Assembly (NCBI RefSeq): GCF_006345805.1
Contig: NW_021835140.1
Coordinates: forward strand, 1 to 42,382
Origin: Octopus sinensis
Taxonomy: Eukaryota
DNA length: 42,382 nucleotides
Direction of reading: 5' to 3'
This document shows positions 1-10,749 of this stretch, in pieces. The first letter of the stretch is position 1; every line of letters starts with the position of its first letter. The notes under the pieces were generated by a model, which was not told the DNA's origin, did not search any database, and saw only the letters and a program-made list of their open reading frames with translations. Made by a program: the position numbers and the translations under genes.

Positions 1-125
1 GAACGACGATAAATAAGTACCGGGCTTACAAAAAATAAGTCCCGGGTCGATTTGCTCGATTAAAGGCGGTACTCCAGCATGGCCGCAGTCAAATGACTGA
101 AACAAGTAAGATAGTAAAAAGAGAG
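1..125 (+). mobile_element. 3' part of SINE family A
   Basis: Matches the 3' end (ataagtcccggggtcga...ccagcatggccgcagtcaaatgactgaaacaagtaa) of the fuller copies at 3570, 9024, 11000 and 31974. Confidence 0.85.
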
Positions 126-177
126 TAATAATAAAATTTATTACATAATGTTTATTTCAAGAAGTTACTGTACATTG

Positions 178-625
178 TTAATATTTCGTGTGGCTTCCCT
201 TAGCTTGAATGATCAATTCAATGTGCCTGGGAAGAGAGGCGTACAAATCCTTCACCATCTTCACAGGTATGAGATGCCATTCTCTGTGGCTGAGCTTCAC
301 AATTCTTCAAGATTGCATGGATTATTCTGATGAACTCTTCTCTTTAGTTCTGTCTACATTTGCTCGATGATATTTAAGTCAGGGCTCTGAGCTGGCCAGT
401 CTTTCAATATGGTAGCACCTTCATCAGCCAGACTCTGTTGTGGTGCACGTGGTCTGTGACATGGAGCTCTGTCACGCTGAAAAAAATCTCACCTTCATCT
501 AAGTCTGCTATCAAATTGTCCTTCAACAACTGGATGTATTTGGCACCGTCAATTTTAACCAAATTTCTTGAACCATAACTTTTTATTATCCCGAAAGCGC
601 CAGGCTAATAAGCGAGAATTTGTTG
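178..625 (-). mobile_element. Tc1-family transposase pseudogene, C-terminal catalytic region
   Basis: Minus-strand translation SYGSRNLVKIDG...FFQRDRAPCH...ILKDWPAQSPDLNIIEQM*TELKRRVH...REWHLIPVKMVKDLYASLPRHIELIIQAKGSHTKY*. Contains the Tc1 DxAPCH and WPxQSPDLNxIE motifs and the typical C-terminal AKGxxTKY. Has stops and frameshifts. Confidence 0.9.
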
Positions 626-676
626 TGTGGGTATGTATGTATGTATCAGTCAGTCTGTCTGTCTGTCGTCTGTATG

Positions 677-989
677 TTGTTTGTTCCTTCTTCTCGAGTC
701 ATGCCTGGATCATAATGCGGTTTTTTTCCCCGTTTCCTCGGCGTATAGGTTCCCCCACCTGGACGGGACGCCGGTCCATCGCAGGTGAGCTACAAGATGC
801 AGGAGGAAAGAGTGAGAGAAGTTTGTGGCGAAAGAGTCAGCAGAGTTCGCCATTACCTTCTGTTCGCCGGAGCCGCGTGGAGCTAGGTGTTGTCGCTCAT
901 TAACACACACATCGCCCGGTCTGAGATTCGAACCTGCAATCCCTCGATCGCAGGTCCACTGCTCTAACCACTAGGCCATGTGTCTCCAC
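677..989 (-). mobile_element. tRNA-derived SINE, family B
   Basis: Minus strand starts gtggagacacatggcctagtggttagagc (A box) and ggttcgaatctc (B box). Near-identical copy at 10127-10431. Confidence 0.85.
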
Positions 990-1780
990 ATGTATGTTTG
1001 TATGTATGTGTTCCCTGTCGTCTGTCTGTCCTGGCTGCCTGTCTCTGTCTGTCTGTCTGTATGTCTGTCTGTCTGTATGTATGTATGTATGTATGTATGT
1101 ATGTATTTATGTATGTATTATGGTATGTCTGTGTGTGTGGGTATGTATTTATGTATGGCTGTATGGTATGTATGTATGGTGTAATGTATGTATGGTATGT
1201 GGTCATCCTGTATGTCTGTCTGTCTGTCCTGTCTGTATATAATGGTATGTATGCTTAATGGATGTATTATGTATGTTATTATGTATGTATGTATGTCTGT
1301 CTGTATGTTATGTATGCTTGTATGTAAGTTGTGTATGTATGTAATGTATGTATGTTGTATGTATGTAGTATGTATGTTATGTATGTCTGTCTGTATGTAT
1401 GTATGGTATTGTAAGTATGTGTGTCATGTATGTCATGTTATGTATGTATGTATGTATGTATGTAATGTATGTCTGTCTGTCTGTATGTATGTATCGCTGT
1501 AATGTCTGTCTGTATGTATGTATGTATGTATGTATCATGTATGTATGTATGTCTGTCTGTATTAGTGTATGTCTGTCTGTATGTATGTATGTATTTATGT
1601 CTGTATGTATGTATGTATGTCTGTCTTTAATGTATGTATGTATTATGGTATGCATGTATGTATGTATGTGTCTGTCTGTATGTATGTATGTATGCTTGTT
1701 TATGTATGTGAACTGTATTTTGTATGTATGTATGTATGTATGTCTGTATGTATGTATGCATGTATGTATGTATGTATGAG
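990..1780. repeat. Long compound (TATG)n/(TGTC)n microsatellite
   Basis: Seen directly. It explains all MYV/CLS/HTYI ORFs in this interval. Confidence 0.95.
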
Positions 1781-1914
1781 ACGTCATTAGTGATGAGGAC
1801 ACCAAACGTAAAGTATTCCTTAGAATGTAATGAGCTTAAGAAGGGGTCTCACAACGAGACTCCCACCGTGTATCTTAGCCTGTATGTATCTCTGTAAGCT
1901 TGTATCCTCTAAAA

Positions 1915-2493
1915 CAGTGGTTCCCTAACGTTTTTGGGGTTACTGCTCCCTTGGCACCAGGCCACGTTCTCAGCGCCTCTGTCACTCTCCACCACAAACA
2001 TGCATTCCTTTCTGCAGCAAATTAAAAACAAATGTATTTCACAAATTAAACTTAACCTAATTACCCCAATATTTCGATGTTTTTATATCCATCACCCACT
2101 TTTGGTCACCCCATTATAACCCCTCTTTTCTTCAACGCTCCCTGGATCATTTCACCACTCCCAGTTAAAAACATGTAAAGTTTTCCTTCTCAAATCATGC
2201 CGACTCATAAGGTTTCCTGGTTTCATGGCGCATGTATCCCCCACCCATATTTGCCTGCTGAGTGGACTGGAGCAACATGAAATGAAGTGTTTTGCTCAAA
2301 AGCACAAAGCTTGGCCCGGTCTAGGAATCGAAACCGCGATCTTACAATCACGAGTCCAACACTCTAACCGCTAAGCCACGCTCTTCCACCAGCACCAGCA
2401 CCAGCACCAGCACCACCACCACCACCAGCACCACCAGCACCAGCACCACCAGCACCCTCGATGGGGCAATACGGCCCACTCTGAGAACCGCTG
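1915..2493. mobile_element. Non-autonomous hAT-type element with a nested SINE
   Basis: Termini cagtggttccc / gagaaccgctg (imperfect TIR). 8-bp flanks ctctaaaa (1907-1914) and ttctaaaa (2494-2501) match 7/8 and fit the NTCTARAN target preference of hAT-Charlie-like elements. Confidence 0.7.
2183..2389 (-). mobile_element. tRNA-derived SINE, family C (CORE-like body), nested in the hAT element
   Basis: Minus-strand head tggcttagcggttagag...ggtttcgattcc. Body ttgagcaaaacacttcatttcatgttgctccagtccactcagc resembles the CORE domain. The 3' tail resembles that of family B. Confidence 0.75.
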
Positions 2494-2567
2494 TTCTAAA
2501 ACATCATCTGGAACTCAAACATTGCCTGGTTTACCAAATGCATGTGACGTGTAGGCGAGGAATTGTT

Positions 2568-2834
2568 ACATCACGTGATCACGTGATCACATGACCGACC
2601 AGGCTATCAGATGTTATACATTGCCGGTAATAATGCGTTCTGCGTTGTTTTAGCCTTCAAACGAGGTCACTCCACTGGCTAGGCGAACAAGCCAACAATC
2701 CCCTGGATCGAAGGGGATTGGAACGATGTGAAATGAAGCTTAGGAACACAACTCACCGCCCAATCATGGAATCGAACTGACGATCTAGCGGTCGTGGGTG
2801 CTGCGAACCTAACCACTAGGCCACGCGCCTTCAC
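2568..2834 (-). mobile_element. tRNA-derived SINE, family D
   Basis: Minus-strand head tggcctagtggttagg...gttcgattcc. Its 3' part matches the plus-strand fragment at 20371-20473. Confidence 0.7.
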
Positions 2835-3452
2835 ATATTTACATACAATGAGAAAATCTGGCTGAGAGCGAACATGAAATACGTGTGTATGATGAAACTG
2901 AAAGCTGAGTAATTTCAATATTGATATAGGCGTGATCACATTGACCAATAAGGTAGCCAATATGTGGTAACTTGAAGTTGCTAGAAGTAGCTGCTACATT
3001 TCTTTCGAATTACACTGTTCCTGCTTTAAAAAACAAGGCTGGGCATATTGGCTGATGATGTAGTATAAGAATAAAAAAAATATTCTCTTCAAAGATGGAA
3101 TGGTAACGACTAGAATGCCTTTGATCATAGGTTTTTGATCATTGGATCAGGGCTAACCTGGAACTAAACAACAATAACAGCAGCAGCTACAACAACAACA
3201 ACAACAGGGTATATTTGCTATTGTCATGTTTGATCACATGATTCAACCTTGCATCATATTTTCTTTTTAAGAAATACATAATACAAGAAAGGAACACGAA
3301 CCCGCTGCATTTGTGTCCTTTCCTTTATGTATGCATATGTGCACGCTTGCATACTTAGACACCACACATTGCAAATATCTATATATATATATATATATAT
3401 ATTATAATATATATATATATATACGCATATATATATATTATATATCATATAT

Positions 3453-3489
<37 letters not shown>

Positions 3490-3569
3490 GTTATGCGTAT
3501 ATATATATAATAATATATATATATATTATATATAATATATATATATATATATATACGCATATACACATA

Positions 3570-3880
3570 GGCGCAGGAGTGGCTTTGTGGTAAGTAGCTT
3601 GCTTACCAACCACATGGTTCCGGGTTCAGTCCCACTGCATGGCACCTTGGTCAAGTGTCTTCTACTAAAGCCTCGAGCCGACCAAAGCCTTGTGAGTGGA
3701 TTTGGTAGACGGAAACTGAAAGAAGCCCGTATATGTGTGTGTGTGTGTGTGTGTTTGTGTGTCTGTGTTTGTCCCCCCCCCAACATAGCTTCACAAAGAA
3801 TAAGTCCCGGGGTCGATTTGCTTGACTAAAGGCGCTGCTCCAGCATGGCCGCAGTCAAATGACTGAAACAAGTAAAAGAG
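3570..3880 (+). mobile_element. SINE family A copy with internal deletion
   Basis: Head ggcgcaggagtggct...ggttcagtccc, internal (TG)n, tail gactgaaacaagtaaaagag. It lacks the gacaaccgatgctgg...taagtact segment present in the copies at 11000 and 31974. Confidence 0.9.
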
Positions 3881-3940
3881 TACATATATGCATACAAGTA
3901 CACACACACATATATATATGTATATACGTATGTATGTATG

Positions 3941-3978
<38 letters not shown>

Positions 3979-3996
3979 TACCATATATATATATAT

Positions 3997-4043
3997 AAAA
4001 CTGTCTGATGAACGGCAACGAGAAACTCAGAGTAACAGATTTT
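3997..4043 (+). ncRNA. Minimal type I hammerhead ribozyme motif with one stem II mismatch
   Basis: CTGATGA 4005-4011 and GAAAC 4022-4026, cleavage triplet GTA 4032-4034. Stem I ctgt/acag plus aaaa/tttt. Stem II cg-GCAA-cg, with an A.A pair at the base. Confidence 0.6.
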
Positions 4044-4100
4044 GTTGAATTTTCTGCTGCTTAAAATAAAGTATATATATATATATATATATACACACAC

Positions 4101-4151
<51 letters not shown>

Positions 4152-4360
4152 CTATATATAATTATATATATACATATATATATTATATACACACACACGT
4201 ATATATATATATATATATATACACACGTAAACTACACCCACACATACACATCATACATACTTCTCACACATTCATATATCTACGTTTACCATCTCGCACA
4301 CGCATTTAGCTATACACCACCTTTACACTCACACACACTCAGACACACGCACAAACACAT

Positions 4361-4398
<38 letters not shown>

Positions 4399-5144
4399 CA
4401 CACACACACACACAGGCTAATAATGCGTAGCCACCTTTTTTCTATTCGCATGCACGAGCAAAAAAACTCTCCGCACACGCCTAACAAACACTTAACCTGT
4501 GTAATAACAGCAGAAGGCATTTATTCACTTGAACGAGCCTCTTGTAAGCGCGCTCCATTGAGTCGATCACACATGAACACGGGTTGCATAATATAAAAAT
4601 AATTATTCCCACCATCTGTAAGCGTCTTTAAGTCTCACTTGTCCATTTTTTTTGTTGTTGTCCTTTATAAACACTGGAACAAAACAGAAGCGGGAAAAGC
4701 TGGAGTAGACACCGGCTACACAAGCTATTACCGCCATTCTCAAGAGACGACGTATTATCTATAAGACCACATAAACAGACAATAATATTCTGTATTGTCC
4801 TAGATTAGTGAGCTTTTATTTATATTAATGGTTCCATATTATTAATGTTTTATTGTTGTTAGCACTATTGTTGTTGTTGTTATTATTGTTTGTGTCCTCT
4901 TTACGTTAATGTTGTGTTCTTTGTGTTGTTCTGTTGTTTTGTATGCTGGTTGGTGTGTGTCTGTCTTTCTTCACATCATTCCACCCCTCAACCCCCTGCT
5001 CGGTACCCCCTGCTCGGTACCCCCTCCTCCCGCCTACCTACCACCTATCACCTATCCACCTACCTTAACAACCTGCCTACATATCTACATATGTAGCTAC
5101 TTAACTAACCGCCTACCTGCGTACATAAATCGTGTGTGCCTGTA

Positions 5145-5538
5145 TACATACATACATACATACATACATACATACATACACACATACATACATACATACA
5201 TACGTGCATATATGCATACATAGATTCATACATACATACATACATACATACATACATACATACATACATACATACATACATACATACACACACATGCATA
5301 CACACATACATACATGCATACATCATACATACATACATACATACATACATTCATACATTTCCTACATACACAATCATACATACAGACACACATACATGTA
5401 TGTGTGTAGTATATATATATACCATTAATGTATGAATATGTATATATAAATGGGTATATATGCATCTTACCACACACATATATACTATATACTATTTATG
5501 CATGCGTATATATGTATGTTTGTATGTGTATATATGTG

Positions 5539-5578
<40 letters not shown>

Positions 5579-5625
5579 AGAGTGTGTGTATGCACGCAGC
5601 CACACACACACACACACACACACAT
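5145..5625. repeat. (ATAC)n, (AT)n, (GT)n and (AC)n microsatellites
   Basis: Seen directly. Confidence 0.9.
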
Positions 5626-6049
5626 ACATATGTTATCGCTTGCCAGCTGTCTGTGTTATTGGTTGCAACACAGTCGTTATTTCCTCCATATTCTTCAGGT
5701 AGAATTTCCAGGCAGAACCATCGAATCAAGGAGCGATATCTCGCTATGTTGAACATTATTAGAAGTAGGCTGACCTTCAAGCATTAAGTAGCTGTCGAAT
5801 TACCTGTAAAGCGGGCAAGGTGATCATTAAGTTCAGTTAAAAGCAGCTAAAAGAGAATGTAATTTCAATGTGTTCTATTGGATAACGAAGTGTATGGGTA
5901 GGCAAGAGACGCATTTCAAGGCCCGTCAATGAGTTCGTTATTAAAACTGATACTTAAATGAATGTATTTTTAATATTGTATATATTAACTTAATCCTTAA
6001 TTTGCTTCTATATTCATTTATATATTTATTTATACACATAAATATATAT

Positions 6050-6340
6050 AAATAAATGAAAGAATGGAGTTGAACGACGAATTAACAAAATTCCTTTATT
6101 TTCGACATATGTTTCGAAGGCTGCATATTCCTAATTTCGAAGGAATAAGGGGTGCATTATGCCGCCTTCTCATCAGGAAAAACAAGGAACTTATGTCAGC
6201 ATCAAGATGCATAAAAAACTTTTAGATGACTGCCCACACGGAGCCCATAGCGAAATTAGGATTATGCAGCCTTCGAAACATATGTCGAAAATAAAGGAAT
6301 TTTGTTAATTCGTCGTTCAACTCCATTCTTTCATTTATTT
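6050..6340. repeat. 90-bp inverted repeat (arms 6050-6139 and 6251-6340, one mismatch) with 111-bp spacer; Penelope-type inverted terminal structure
   Basis: Left arm aaataaatgaaagaatgg...gcatattcctaatttcg is the reverse complement of the right arm cgaaattaggattatgc...ccattctttcatttattt. Confidence 0.95.
6099..6181 (-). ncRNA. Complete type I hammerhead ribozyme
   Basis: Minus strand reads ttttc-CTGATGA-gaaggc...gccttc-GAAAC-atat-GTC-gaaaa. All core nucleotides are present. Stem I is 5 bp (extendable), stem II is a 6-bp perfect base with an internal extension, and stem III is short and self-complementary. Predicted cleavage is 3' of the C at plus coordinate 6104. Confidence 0.85.
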
Positions 6341-6561
6341 GTATTTAAAAAACACAAATTTTCCACAACGATAGCACGTGATCTCTGCCCTAGGCATGTA
6401 GCTTCAACCGTGTTTTTCTGACGCGAATTTGCTACCAGGTATCGGTTAACCGATTATCCATAATAAGATAATTCATTCAACTACTCAATTATTCATAAAT
6501 ATATATATATATATATATAATATATATTATATATATATATATATATATCTTTTACTGTACA

Positions 6562-6962
6562 TCTTTTTTTGTTTCAGTCATGAGACTACGACCATGCTGG
6601 GCCGCTGCCTTGAAGGATGATTTTTTTTCTTAGTCGAATGAAGGATTGAACCTCAGTACTTATTCTCTTAAACCTTGGACTTATTGTATTGGTCTGTTTT
6701 GCCGAACTGTTAAGTTTCAGGGACGTAGACATACCTACACCGGTTGTCAAGTGGTGGTAGGTGACAAACATGTACAAAAAGACAAACAAACATACATACA
6801 ATGGGATTCTTTCAGTTTCCACCTACCAAATCCACTCACAAGAACTTTGGTCAGCCCGAGGCTATTGTAGAAGACACTAGTCCATGGTGCTACGCCGTAA
6901 GACTGAACCCGGAATCATGTGGTTGGGAAGTAAGCCTCTCACCACACAGCCACACCTGTGCC
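6562..6962 (-). mobile_element. SINE family A, older diverged copy
   Basis: Reverse-complement match to the other family A copies from the head (ggcacaggtgtggctgtgtgg) to the tail (gactgaaac). Confidence 0.85.
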
Positions 6963-7676
6963 TATTTTGCAGAAAATTTTACAAGAGATGTCTTCCTCTT
7001 GTGGCAAAGACAGATGTACTCGGATCTTCTGTTCGGTGATCTTGGTGGCTGCTTCAATCTAGAGCTTTTCAGATAAACATACATAGCAAACCTTGTCTCG
7101 ATTTCCGTGTTATGGGAACTCTTTCAATTACAATGTCCTTTAATGTTCAAACTTCAAGAAATTTAGGAAAAAAAGAGAATATGGTTAGATACCACAACGC
7201 ACCAACAGAACAATTAGATGCAATTTATGTTTATCTGAGAAGCTACAGATCCTTGAACAGTAATCAAAATTGCTGAACAGAAAGTCCGATACCTTGTCTC
7301 TCTCTTATCGTAGTCAGGTATTTCTCTGTTATCGTAGACAGGTATTTTTGTACGTATATATGTGTATATATTTATATATATGTATATCTATTTATATATA
7401 TATATACACATACACACATACATATATATTTTATTTTATTAAAACTTTTTGATCTTCTTCCAAAAATTTCTCACACTAATGCGAATGACAATGCATAAAT
7501 TTAATTACAATTACTATGATTATAATTTTTTCTTACATATATGTATTATCTTTCGAAACGTGCGTATGTATTGAATCCAACTTTGTGTTAAATATAATTT
7601 TGATTCAACATCTTTTCCCTCCATTTTTAAAATACTTGTTTATGGTATATTTATACCTATAACGAAATTTTTCAAG

Positions 7677-7712
<36 letters not shown>

Positions 7713-7969
7713 GAAAAAATGTATTGTAAATTAACAAACGCAGGTAAAAAAAACGTATAACGTACAATGAATGTACAACCGGACAGGAGACAGACACAGA
7801 AGGTCCCTAATTCTGTAGCGCGCCAACAGATGGCAGCACACGGTTGCGTGCGCTGTAAAAGCTAGTATTTATGAGGCAGTGTGCCGAGTGACATCGCTGT
7901 GTTTACTTCAAGAGTTATGAAATTTGTGTTTTTGTGATCACATGTATGCTGTAGTTTGCGATTTTTGTC

Positions 7970-8150
7970 ATGGACATGACGCTTGAACAAAAATCAACGT
8001 GAAATATTGCACTGAACTTGGGAAGTCTGCTACAGAGACATCGTGTATACTTTGGCAAACTTACGGCGACAAGGTAATGGATCGTACGCAATGTTTCAAG
8101 TGGCACGGGCGCTTCAAAAGCGAAAGAACATTCCTGGAGACGATGAGCGT
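7970..8150 (+). mobile_element. mariner transposase N-terminal pseudogene fragment
   Basis: MDMTLEQK / INVKYCTELGKSATETSCILWQTYGDKVMDRTQCFKWHGRFKSERTFL / DDER matches the mariner N-terminal HTH pattern (EQRxNIKFCxxLGKSATET...W..RFK.G...LEDDER). Frameshifted and truncated. Upstream ~7780-7970 is probably its 5' UTR. Confidence 0.85.
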
Positions 8151-8315
8151 CTCGCATTGTTGTGTTTTTTGTGTTTTCTTGTTGTTTGGATTAACTATAT
8201 ATATATATAAGTTCAGCAAAATTTAGATTGTGTCTATATTTCTACCCTCTTTGTAATGTTGGCAAATGAAATAAGTATAAAAATGTGCATTGTCGTTTAA
8301 TTATAAAATTCTATA

Positions 8316-8399
8316 TGTGGCTGAAGATTGCTCGACATTTTAAAACTGATGTAATACAGTGTTTAATAAAACGAAGTCGCATGAAACGATTGTACTACA
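8316..8399 (+). ncRNA. Degenerate type I hammerhead motif with long stem II
   Basis: CTGAAGA 8321-8327, GAAAC 8383-8387, GTA 8392-8394. Stem I tgtgg/ctaca. Stem II tgc..cgac/gtcgca with a further hairpin, and a U.U mismatch at the base. Confidence 0.45.
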
Positions 8400-8799
8400 C
8401 TACCTTGAATATCCTTGTTGCTTATTTTGATTATATATATATAATATATATATATATATAAATATATATACATCAATATATGTACATATTTGAAAAAATT
8501 TAATTAAAATTATGAATTATATAAAGAATCTTTGGAAAATGGAAATCGTTTCAAATGCTAAATACTGTGAAAGTGTTGCCACAAAACTCTGTTCTATCAG
8601 GTTTATGTTTAGGTCTTAAAAGATTTTTTAAAAATGCTATTAATAATTCACTTTTTGTGAATATTGTGGCTGCATTCTGAAACTTCACTTGGATTTTTTA
8701 AATGCATATATTTATGTATCAACTTGTGTGTGTCTCTACGTTGATATCTCCCCCCCCCCATCACCACCGTGGTGGGGGAGAACCAGTCTTGGTTTCTTA

Positions 8800-8960
8800 A
8801 CTTTCACGTAAGTTAGCGGTTCGGTACAAGTGGCCAACAGATTAAATACCAAGCTAATAATAAAAAAAAAAATAGTACTAGGGCTGACTAGTTCGACTAA
8901 AACCCTTCAAGGAAGTGCTGCAGTATGGCCGCCGTTCAATGACTGAAACCAGTAACAGTT
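8800..8960 (+). mobile_element. Degraded 3' half of SINE family A
   Basis: ttagcggttcgg...gttcgactaaa...gtatggccgc...aatgactgaaacca resembles the family A tail. Confidence 0.6.
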
Positions 8961-9023
8961 AAATGGTGTAAGAAAGAAGTGAAAGCTAAACGTTAAGTAG
9001 TGAGTTTTCTTGTGGACAAATAT

Positions 9024-9226
9024 ACTCTTTTTACTCTTTTACTTGTTTCAGTCATTGACTGCGGCCATGCTGAAGCACCGCCTTTAATCGAGCAACTCGA
9101 CCCCGGGACTTATTCTTTTGTAAGCCCAGTACTTATTCTATCGGTCTCTTTTGCCGAACCGCTAAGTAACGGGGACATAAACACACCAGCATCGGTTGTC
9201 AAGCAATGCTAGGGGGACAAACACAG

Positions 9227-9273
<47 letters not shown>

Positions 9274-9444
9274 CATATATACGACGGGCTTCTTTCAGTT
9301 TCCGTCTACCAAATCCACTCACAAGGCTTTGGTCGGCCCGAGGCTATAGTAGAAGACACTTGCCCAAGGTGCCACGCATTGGGACTGAACCCGGAACCAT
9401 GTGGTTGGTAAACAAGCTACTTACCACACAGCCACTCCTGCGCC
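9024..9444 (-). mobile_element. SINE family A, full-length
   Basis: Complete head, internal (TA)/(TG) tract and tail. Very similar to 31974-32371. Confidence 0.92.
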
Positions 9445-9587
9445 TATATGTATGTGTTGATTCATAATTATTCGTATTTGTTGGCGCTGTGAAATGGAAC
9501 CTTCATATATTGATCTTCGCTCTCCTGTACATTGATATGGAAATCATTTCAAATGTTAAATACCCTGAAAGTGTTTGCACAAAATAT

Positions 9588-10105
9588 CGTCATCTGGTCG
9601 AGCTTGCTCGGACATTTTTAACTCGCACACACCATCCATCCCGGCCCTGCATTAGTAGAAGGAGGTCTTCAGTGAGGAATCTAGGGTCTCTGGTGAGTTG
9701 ATCGGTTGATCTACATACGTTTGTGTTCGATCGACCAGCTCGAGTACAGCCACGCTTTGGCATCCATAGAAGTAGGTCACGTGCCAGCTCTTGTTTAACT
9801 TGCCCACCATGTCCCGGAAAGCGCTAGCACCGCCTGTGGGAAAGAAGCAGACCTCCATACATTTATTTCTCGGTGGAATGATTTCACCAAGATATCCTTA
9901 AGACTACTCTTAACATTCGGATATAAGTTCAGCCTAGTTTAGCTCGCCAGCAATTCCTGTAAAGCGCAAGCACCTTTCCCTTATAATGTTGGAAACAGGC
10001 AGATTTCCACACAGCTGTTTATTGGTGGTATAAGTTTTCCATGATATGTTTAAGACTGCTCTTAACACTCGGGCGTAGTTCCATCTAGCTTGGATTCCAG
10101 TTGAT
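9588..10105 (-). mobile_element. RTE-type LINE ORF2 3' end, present as two tandem overlapping fragments
   Basis: LESKLDG/NYARVLRAVLNISWK...RERCLRFTG, then again YIRMLRVVLRISW*...RFPGHGGQVKQELARDLLLWMPKRG...EDLLLLMQGRDGWCVRVKNVRASSTR* followed by a short tga-cga tail. This is the recognisable RTE-clade C-terminus. Confidence 0.8.
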
Positions 10106-10126
10106 ATAGTGGTAGCACAACAAAAC

Positions 10127-10431
10127 TGTTGTTGTTCCTTCTCGAGCCATCCCTGGATCATAAGGGCCGGTTTCCCGGTTTCCTCAGCGTATAGGTTCCC
10201 CACCTGGACGGGACGCCGGTCTGTCGCAGGTGAGCTGCAAGACGCTGGAGGAAAGAGTGACAGAAAGTTGTGGCGAAAGAGTCAGCAGAAATTCGCCATT
10301 ACCTTCTGCCGGAGCCGCGTGGAGCTTAGGTATTTCGCTCATAAACACACACATCGCCCGGTCTGAGATTCGAACCCGCGATCCCTCGACCGCGAGTCCG
10401 CTGCTCTAACCACTAGGCTATATGCCTCCAC
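10127..10431 (-). mobile_element. tRNA-derived SINE, family B
   Basis: Near-identical to 677-989. Flanked by a TSD-like pair cacaacaaaactgttg / cacaataagactgttg (14/16). Confidence 0.88.
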
Positions 10432-10749
10432 AATAAGACTGTTGGCTGCTTGCTGATAATATTTGTTACCAACTAACATAATGATAGTAATAATAACTGG
10501 CTGCATTGAATGAAATAAAAGCAAAATATAAGGGAACAACAACAATAATAAAAATATAGAATAAATTACAAAATACTGAAACGACAACATCAACAGTAAA
10601 GATATAAAAGGGAAACAACGACAAATAAGTAAAATGAGACGAAATAAAAACAAAACAAAATGGTAGTTACAAAAACAGAAATTTGACGATACGAAACGAA
10701 GACGAAACATTAGATTCATGAACGATGTCTTGTAGATATACTCTTTCAT

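Noticed and set aside
900-989. tRNA-like heads here and at 2300-2389, 10350-10431 and 35070-35144 as tRNA genes
   Set aside because: They have A and B boxes but run straight into SINE bodies, and I could not build complete cloverleaves.
2568-2595. Repeated CACGTG E-box motifs as a regulatory cluster
   Set aside because: They lie at the 3' tail of SINE family D and are explained by it.
5680-5960. Possible GIY-YIG or Penelope coding remnant beside the hammerhead hairpin
   Set aside because: No frame gave convincing GIY-YIG or RT motifs.
7548-7570. cGAAAC-gtgc-GTA as a hammerhead
   Set aside because: Only the 3' half is present, with no CUGANGA upstream.
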